Source of the DNA: Utricularia gibba
Taxonomy: Eukaryota; Plantae; Magnoliophyta
DNA length: 64,000 nucleotides
Direction: 5' to 3'
NCBI GenBank assembly: GCA_002189035.1
Contig: NEEC01000031.1
Span: forward strand, 1-64,000
Both the position numbers and the translations under genes were made by a program. Of the stretch, positions 55,597 to 64,000 are shown in pieces; within the stretch, counting starts at the first letter, position 1; every line of letters begins with the position of its first letter. A model generated the notes under the pieces. That model worked only from the letters and a program-made list of their open reading frames with translations. It was not told where the DNA came from and did no database searches.

Positions 55597-56032
55597 TTTC
55601 CTTCACTGTCGTCCGTTCCACATGAAACGGCTACAGTGGAGACGGCAAAAGCAACTTACGGCTATTTTTTAGGGCCGGGCCGTAAAAAATAGCATGGGCT
55701 CAGTAGCTAACGTTTTCGCTCTTCTTTCCTAATCCCGGCCCAAAGACTACTTTTTTTTAATAACATATTTACTTTTCAAGAAAAAAATAATTTCCGGGTT
55801 TATTTCTGAAGAGGTAAAAATCAGGTAAAAACAAGAAACTAATGACATTTTGTTGGAAAAGAAGTCAAATCTATCCTTAATTGCAGTCAAATCCTGCAGT
55901 AACCAAGAAAATCAGCGGTAAATTTAGTCATTACATTTAGGGAGAGAAGTAAATCCTATTGGATACTCAGTCATATTCACATTCAACATAAAGGGAGCTG
56001 TGGCTCAGCTGCATACTGCGAGAAAGCAAGCT

Positions 56033-58196
56033 ATGGGGCATTATTCTTGCTGGTTCACTTCTATCTCCTTTTCATATCGCCCCCGTCGTCCTCCGCCTTC
56101 ACGGGCGCCGGGGATGATGCAGTCGACGGCCTCCTAGCTAGACTGAACAAGCCCTATGTCAAGTCCATCAACGTACCATCTTCTCTTTTCTCTCAACGCT
56201 ATAGTTACTTTCTCAAAAACCCCTTCTGATCTTGCTGTGTTGCAGAGCCCCGATGGAGATATCATCGACTGCGTCGACATTTATCGACAGCCGGCATTCG
56301 ATCATCCTCTGCTTCAGAACCACACTATTCAAGTACGCTGTTAACGTTTTATTGCCTGTTTCATTTTCTTGTGACATGCAGAGGTACGCTGGATGATAAC
56401 CGACAATCGTCTTCGTCACATGTTGCAGTTGAGTCCCAGTAGTTATCCTCGAGGTGTGAATTCAAGCAAAGGGGAAGAAGAAATGACTCAGATTTGGCAC
56501 GAGAATGGGAGTTGCCCTACAGGAACAGTTCCAATCAAACGAACAAGGAGAGAAGATGTACTCAGGGCAGGCTTTGTGGAACATTATGGCAAAAAACCTC
56601 GCACCGTTGAAACGAACACAAACCCGAACCAAATTCGCAGTAAACTTGACAGCCTAAATGGCAATGAGGTAACTGTTAACATATTTCTTCATATATATAT
56701 TCTGCTCTGAAGACTAATGATAACTGCTATTTGTTTTAGATTGCCATGGGGTATGTTGCAGGAAAGTATTATGGAGCAAGGGGGTTCATCAATGTGTGGA
56801 ACCCTGTAGTTCTAAAAAATGAAATGTCCTCAGCTCAGATTTGGATCGTTGGAGACGACGGCAAGAAACTCAACGTCATTCAAGCAGGATGGCATGTAAG
56901 CCGGGAACAAAACCTGTTTGTTTCTGAATTTGATTAATAACCTAAGCCATAATAATCAACACAGGTACTCCCAAAGATGCATGGAGACCGTAAAACTAGG
57001 TTTTTCATCTATTGGACGGTGAGCTTTTCCACATTCACTGTCCCCTAATCTACTGTTCAGCACAATTTAATTGTCTGTTGCCTATTGCAGAGCGATAACT
57101 TTGAGAGCACAGGATGCTACAACTTACTGTGCGCCGGATTCGTTCAAACAAGCAGAAAATATAGCCTTGGGATAGCCATCGCACCGGTATCCATCTACGA
57201 CGGCACACAAACCAACATTGAGATCAACATCTGGAAGGTGGGATTCGAACTAAACCCGAGTCGTGAAAGCTGCAACCAGATTTTCATTACATAGGGTTTC
57301 GTTTCTCTTCATCAGGATCTACTGAGTGGGAATTGGTTTCTACAAGTGAACAAGGAAGTGATTGGATACTGGCCTCCTAGCCTGTTCACGAGCTTGGCCG
57401 ATTCAGCCTCCCAGGTTCAATGGGGTGGAGAAGTGATAGCACTTGTTGATGTGTGTGTTTTTGGTGATGCTGAGCATAAAACGAATGATGTATAGCCTTT
57501 TGTTCTTGGTATTGAGAATATTTTTGTATTGAAAACAGGCTCCTATATTTGGAGTTGATTACAGGTATTTATACAGTCAGATTTACAACGGTAGCCTATA
57601 CACTAGGAATTAGCCGTTGTGGTTCCTCATCTTTAGTTGCTGTAGACATCAAGCTTAGGGCCTTGGATAATCATGTTACTTGGTTGCTGGATCAACCTTG
57701 AGAGCCCATTTACTTGATTTTCGGTCCAATATGATAAGTCCAAGTTCGTGTTGTACTATTTTCTTCCTCTTGCCTCCTCCCGTCGTTCTCCTCATTTCAG
57801 CATCCGATTTTTCAGAGTTTCTTTCAGAATGCTGCTGACTCACCTTTTGTTCATACTTAACCATCAAGAAGTACTCAATACGAGGTACTGAAACACCCAC
57901 TGGTACAAGGTTTTATATACTAAATCATTCGTATTCTAAATTCAATCTGTAGGCCGCTTGGGCATCACACGATTACTGGAATGGGAAGCGGGCATTTCCC
58001 GGAGGAGGGAGAAGGGAGGGCGGCGTTCATCAGAAACCTCGAGGTCATCGGCGCGTCGCATGTGTTGACGCCGGTCAAGGACCTGAAACTGCAAGCGCCT
58101 TTCAGGAGCTGCTACAGGATGGGGAAGCTGTTCAACAGTCAGTACGGAAACTACATCTACTTCGGAGGCATCGGGAGAAACCCTAGATGTCCTTAG
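56033..58196 (+). CDS. Neprosin-like glutamic peptidase (propeptide plus DUF239), copy A; frameshift at G run 56035-56038; ~0.5 kb insert in the last exon
   Basis: Signal peptide; RLNKPYVKSI|[23 protein letters not shown]; [10 protein letters not shown]; INVWNP..SAQIW..IQAGW; TGCYNLLCAGFVQ; IGYWP..QWGGEV..MGSGHFP..GRNPRCP*. Confidence 0.88.
57444..57952 (-). mobile_element. LTR-like fragment inserted in the last exon of neprosin copy A (one terminus only)
   Basis: About 500 bp absent from copies B and C. The minus strand ends ..acacacatcaaCA like an LTR end and contains TATAAATA. No matching second terminus or TSD found. Confidence 0.5.
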
Positions 58197-58521
58197 GTTG
58201 TTCATCTTCTTCCCTAGGATGAAGAAAATAATAAGCATATTGAGAAACAATATTTAAATAATAATGAGGATAAATTTAATAATATCTTCAATTTGAAATA
58301 AACCCTAAACCCCTAAAGTAAACATGCTGTCTTTACTTCTAGAAAATTCTTGTCCTAATTTTCTCTTCTCCGGAAGATATTAAAATTTCTTGTCAGTTGC
58401 AGTGTTACCATATACTTCTTTGAGAATTCAAAAATGGAGTTCAAATATTAATTTTTTTGGCTTTCAAAAGAATTCAATTCCTTCTATAAAAAACCACAAT
58501 CGGCAAGCAATTGACATAAAA

Positions 58522-60307
58522 ATGAGGCCGGGTTCACTTGTTGTGTGCTGGAGTTTTCTGTTGATATCGGCATCGCTATGCTCCCATGCCACGGTCGATC
58601 GGAATCTTGAAGTGGAGAAGCTGTTGTCTCGCCTGAACAAGCCGCCTGTCAAGTCCATCATTGTAATACCCTCTCGATTTTCTTGCACCCATAATTCATT
58701 AGCAACTAGCGAAACTTTCGTGCACAAAAGTATTACAAATTGAACATGATCAGATATCTACAGATGTTTTTCGTTCGTATCCTGTGGCTCTATATGTCTA
58801 TAGAGCCTTTCGTCTTGATCGCACCGTGATGCTGGTGATGAAAAATGCAGGTTCCCGATGGAGATATCATCGATTGTGTTAATATTTACGACCAACCCGC
58901 TTTCGATCACCCGCTTCTTCAAAACCATACCATTCTTGTACGTGATCTTCTGATTAGATTGAGTGCCTCCAGTTATTTTTCTTCAGTTCTAGCGCGAGAT
59001 GCATATGTATTTTGAATCATACAGACGGGTCCTAGCAGCTACCCCACAGGAATGAATGAAAACGAAGAAGAGGGAGAAGTAGCTCAAGATTGGCACGCGT
59101 ACGGGAGCTGCCCTGATGGAACGGTTCCAATACTAAGATCAAGGGGAGAAGATGTGCTCAGAGCACCATCTATAGAGGACTATGTCAAAAAAAGTTCAGA
59201 CACTGTAATCCCGGGTTCGATTCATCCCGAGGGGATTAACTCCATCAATGAGGTTCATCCTCTATCTTTTTTGTCGTTGTTAATGTAGTGGGATCTCGTT
59301 TGTTCTATACTCTGTTACTGCGGATTTTCAGTATGCGTTAGCGATTTCTGAAAACGGCTTCTATCAAGGGGGATGTGGAATGTTTGGTGTATGGAGCCCT
59401 GTAGTCGAAGGGCGACACGAACACAGCTCTGGACAAATGTGGGTCGTCGGACGGTCCACAACGGCTGAAGCTCTTGAGGCCGGGTTTCATGTAAGTACAG
59501 TAGGTGTTTTCCCACAGAATCGGGATGAAGCCCATTTTAAAACCCTCCTCCTGGTTCAGTTTCGACACTAATCTGTCGTTATTTCTTGTTTCCAGGTGCA
59601 TCCGCGGCTTTATGGGGATAATCGCTCGAGATTCTTCATCCACTGGACTGTGAGTATCGCCATGATGAAAGTGTTCTTACCGATGATTTGCCTCTAAGAC
59701 TAGCTTTTGATTGGGCAGCAAGACAGCTACATGACTTCAGGTTGTTACAACCTGAGGTGCCCTGGTTTCATTCACACCAGCAAGAAGATCGCCTTAGGGG
59801 GTGTCCTAACTCCGGTTTCAAAGCATGGCGGCCGAGATTATTACATCAACCTAAAAATGTGGAAGGTTCCTGTCTTTTCACTTCTTTTTTAGTGTACATC
59901 CGTTTTCTGAAACCCTGGGCTCTTAATGTTGACAGGAACGAAACACGAGCATCTACTGGGTAAAATATGGAGACGAGGTGGTCGGATACTGGCCGTCGTC
60001 GCTGTTCATCAGGCTGTCCTTCGGGGCGACGAACGTCAATTTCGGCGGCGAAGTCATCAACGACAACAACGGCGTGCACACGGCCACCCAGATGGGCAGC
60101 GGCCATTTCCCTGAGGAAGGGTACAGGAAGGCCGCCTACATCGGGAGGCTCGAGATCATCAATGGAGATTTCGAGCTAAAGCCGTACAAAGACTACGAGC
60201 TCAAAATGAAAAACTCCCTTTGCTATGCGATCAAATCCGGGTTCATGAATGGGTTGCTGAACCATATCTACTATGGAGGACCGGGGAGGAGCCGCCACTG
60301 CACTTAG
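58522..60307 (+). CDS. Neprosin-like glutamic peptidase, copy B (apparently intact)
   Basis: [26 protein letters not shown]; [18 protein letters not shown]; SGQMW..LEAGF; [10 protein letters not shown]; [33 protein letters not shown]. Confidence 0.92.
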
Positions 60308-61198
60308 TCACCGGAGGACACATGTTCGTCGTTTTAATTTCAAAATGATAAAGAGGGTTTGCACGAAACCCTACTATTTTTTTCCTCCTGATAACCGCAC
60401 TAATGAAATACAATCTTGTTGTGAAATGAACTTGTAATGCAAATCATTTATGAGTTCATGCCCTCCTTGGTTCAACGTAACAAAATATGTTAACGAAAAA
60501 TCTTGCTAGTGATGAATGTGAATAATTAGAATTTCTTATTTTTTTAAAATTGGTAATATCGGAGAATTTGTTCATATTCAACCACTAATTATCATACCAA
60601 GCAAGCCTTTCCCTTCCCATGCCCGGTGGCCTTTTTCTTCCTCACCTTTGAACCATGGCGGCGCGTATATTATCCTTTGGATTATAATTTTTCGGTTTAG
60701 GGTTAGGATGAATATTCTCACACTCTATTTAACTCTTTTTTTTCGAATAATATTTTTTTATGATTTTTTTTGATATAATGATAGTTGGTTTTTCATTATT
60801 TAGGGTTCAAGGTTTAGGGTTTTTGTGATTTCTGTTTTTTTTTAATCGAAGTAGTTTGTATTTGGTAACAAAAATTTGCTCGGACAAACCCTTAATTCAA
60901 ATAACTAGTTTTGTGGCAAGAAATCTAGTTGCATTCTTAGTGATGAAAAATCCAATTAATGAATTTTTCAATTAACGCATGTTGTTTTATTGCGGTTCCC
61001 AAAAGAGAACACTGGCAAAAACAACAAAATTCAGTATTCAATCAAGTATATTCATGTATAAAAATATCCTTATTTAACAAGCAAAATCCTCTGGAATTAA
61101 AATAGAGGCCGATATTCCGCTAGAACAATAAAATATCTGCGTAGAAAAAAAAATCATTGTTTCTATAAATAAGGCAGTGTGGCAAAGCCACCCATGCA

Positions 61199-62984
61199 AT
61201 GAACACAACAATGAGGGCACTGTCAGTGTTGTTGTGCTGCTGTTTACTGTTCATATCGCCGCCGTCATGCGCCGGCGCCACCGCTGACCGGAATCTAGAA
61301 GTTGAGCAGTTCCTGGCTAGCCTTAACAAGCCCTTTGTCAAGTCCATCAGTGTATCATTTTCTTGCTTTTTACATATAGATATAGATGCGTACTGCTTTC
61401 CTTAGTTTTTTTTTATTGAATTTTTAATTTTATATGTATGCTTGTGATGAAAACATGAAGGTTCCAGATGGAGATATCATCGACTGCGTTCATGTTCTCC
61501 AACAGCCAGCTTTTGATCACCCCCTTCTTCGAAATCATGTCATTCAGGTACCCTTCTTTTATCCGTTTGATTTACTGTTGGACAGGAGAAAAAGTTGTGT
61601 AAAAAAACTCATTACTCTTGGATGAAATGTTGCAGATGAGTCCTACAAGTTATCCCAATGGAATGAATGAAAGCTCAGTGGAAGGAGAGATAGCTCAGGA
61701 ATGGGAAAAGTATGGAACCTGCCCCACAGGAACAGTTCCAATACTACGAACATCTAGAGAAGATGTACTCAGGGCAGGTTCCACAGAGGCCTACGGCAAG
61801 AAACCTCCCAACTCCAGCATCCCGGACGCAGCTCGTCTGAATGCCGTCAGCTCGACTTACGAGGTACTAGCAAATTCACATTTTCCCGTTTTGCAGAAAG
61901 TGCATTACTAGTTACAAATACTAAGGCTGGTGAGATTGATTTTCCAGTATGCAATGGCATTTTCTAGAGACGGCTCCTACCGAGGAGCAAATGCGGAGAT
62001 CAATGTATGGAACCCTCATGTTCAAGGGCAAGAAGAATACAGTTCGGGTCAGTTGTGGCTTATTGCGCGCAGCGATGAAGACGATGTGGAAGCCATCGAG
62101 GCCGGAATGCATGTAACTTTCCTGTACTTTGATCCCTTCTGAAAGCTTGCGAGCACCTGAACCCGTCGGTAAAACTGCAGGTGCATCCCAAACTCTATGG
62201 AGATGACCGAACGAGACTCTTCATCCACTGGACTGTAAGCATAGTTGCCATGGATTAAACATTCATGTTTTTGTTTTTACAAGAAAAGGGGTGGCTGTTT
62301 TCTCATCGTATACTTCTCTCAGACACGATCTTTGAATGGGCAGGTCGATCCTCTTCAAAGAACAGGGTGTTATAACTTGAAATGCTCAGGATTTGTTCAA
62401 ATCAATTCAAAAGTCGCATTAGGGGGTCAACTGCATCCAGTTTCCACATACGATGGTGCACAGTATTTCTTCAGCTTGAACATATGGAGGGTTTGTCGGC
62501 TTTTCGTGTTCCTTTTCTCCTATACTGCTCATCAAGACATCATATCATTTGAATGGAAATACGAGAACGAGAATGAAGTTATGGAATGGTTGTGTAACAG
62601 GATGCGCGTACCAGAAACTGGTGGCTGAAATTCCAAAACTACGTGGTTGGATACTGGCCGGCGACTCTGTTCGACAAGTTCCCGACGGAGGCTACGAGTG
62701 TGGAGTGGGGCGGTGAAGTTCTGGCGTCGGGCACCGGAGATGAACAGCACACCACCACTCAGATGGGAAGCGGCCACTTTCCGACAGAAGGCCACAGCAG
62801 AGCAGCCTACATCAGAAAACTAGAGATCGTGGATAAGTCAGACAAGGTCCAGCCGTACAAGTACCAGGATTTGGATCTCCGAACGTATGACAATCTTTGC
62901 TATGACGTGAAGTCTGGTTACAGCAACACCTTTCAGAACCATATCTACTTCGGAGGCCCCGGGAGAAATCCCAAATCCCCCTAG
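61199..62984 (+). CDS. Neprosin-like glutamic peptidase, copy C (apparently intact reading frame)
   Basis: [25 protein letters not shown]; [18 protein letters not shown]; INVWNP..SGQLW..IEAGM; [12 protein letters not shown]; [30 protein letters not shown]. Confidence 0.92.
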
Positions 62985-63238
62985 GGCTGACGTCATCATG
63001 ATAGTGATCAAATCGGCTTTCCAGTTTTTTTTTTTTTTTGAAAATTAATGCAGAATTCAAGGTTCAAATCTCAAAAGCGATTTATTTAAATAAAAAAGGA
63101 AAAATGTTACACAACCATAGGAAAAAAAAAATTGTAGTATAACAAGTAAATTTTTAAGGAAAATATCCATATTTATGATAGATTATAGATTTAGGATTGA
63201 TGTATAGAAAAATGGCATTACATACGACATTCATTAGA

Positions 63239-63264
63239 ATATATATATATATATATATATATAT
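63239..63264. repeat. (AT)13 microsatellite
   Basis: Uninterrupted AT run between neprosin copies C and D. Confidence 0.9.
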
Positions 63265-63588
63265 GCATCTGATTGTCAATGTAATTACATAAGATTTTTT
63301 CAAATATCATTTCAAACTCTACGTAAATAACTTGTGTTTTTTAACGTGGAAAAATAACCCGAATTCGTTATTCCTATAGCTCAAATTCATTTGATTCATT
63401 TAGAATCAATTTTCTAGGTTAAGATCCAGGTCAGCAAAAACCCTAGTCAAAGCTTAATTTAGCAAGAAAAATCTTATTGGTTTCAGTGTGGATTCAAAAT
63501 GGGGGATCAACATTAAATGAATTTAGGGCAGTCTCTTCAATAAATAAGTACAGTGGCTAACCAGGCCTAGCAACGAACAGAAGAACAA

Positions 63589-64000
63589 ATGAGAAGGCCG
63601 GCCTGGACGTCGTTTTGCTGCTGTTTTTTGTTCATAGCGACGGTGCTGCACGGCGGCGCCACCGCGGATCGGAATCCTGAAGTAGAAGAGCTCTTGGCCC
63701 GCCTGAACAAGCCTCATGTCAAGTCCATCAATGTATCGTCATAATTCAATTTAATTACCAGCAACAAATTCCAAAAAATAATAATAATGCAGAATAATTG
63801 GTTGATTTTTCACTTGAAGGAAGCGATTGGAACATGATTTTTGTATTGAAATCTGTAGGTTTCCAATGGAGATATCATCGATTGTGTGCCCATACTTCAA
63901 CAACTGCTTTCGATCATCCGTTGCTTAGAAACCACACCATTCAGGTATGCTTCTTCGGAAAACCGGATTGGATTCATTTTGTTTTTCCACGAAATTTCTT
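63589..64000 (+). CDS. Neprosin-like gene, copy D; first two exons only (truncated by window end); 1-bp frameshift at 63904
   Basis: MRRPAWTSFCCCFLFIATVL..DRNPEVEELLARLNKPHVKSIN|VSNGDIIDCVPILQQ[P][13 protein letters not shown]. Missed by the ORF track. Confidence 0.88.

Overview
Gene-dense plant (eudicot) nuclear DNA with about 25 spliced protein-coding genes and 2 clear pseudogene remnants in 64 kb. There are no bacterial features, CRISPR arrays, rRNA or recognisable tRNA. Gene order from the left: HAM/SCL6-type GRAS, VAP27, U-type cyclin, small PHD-like zinc protein, HIBCH-like, DUF761, At2g44600-like, PUP11-like, RabH1, mtACP, PMEI, TGD4-like remnant, CPN10, ATL4-like, PPR, ELMO, UBC8-class E2, RWD/RNF25-like, RGGA, RWP-RK/RKD, DUF1005, GPRP, SWIB remnant, then a tandem array of at least four neprosin (DUF239) genes running off the right edge. 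From memory, most of the run up to RWD follows the Arabidopsis At2g446-451xx / At3g602-606xx duplicated block. Most notable: (1) a diverging neprosin array, with one copy carrying Gln at a presumed catalytic Glu and a ~0.5 kb LTR-like insert that could be spliced out as a new intron; (2) a TGD4-like gene collapsed by internal deletion, with start, last intron and stop still recognisable; (3) a solo LTR with a 5-bp target-site duplication; (4) about 12 frameshifts, nearly all G/C runs one base short, in otherwise intact genes. The last is most likely a long-read consensus error, so those genes should not be called pseudogenes. Family assignments come from recalled motifs, not database searches, and the species is not determined.
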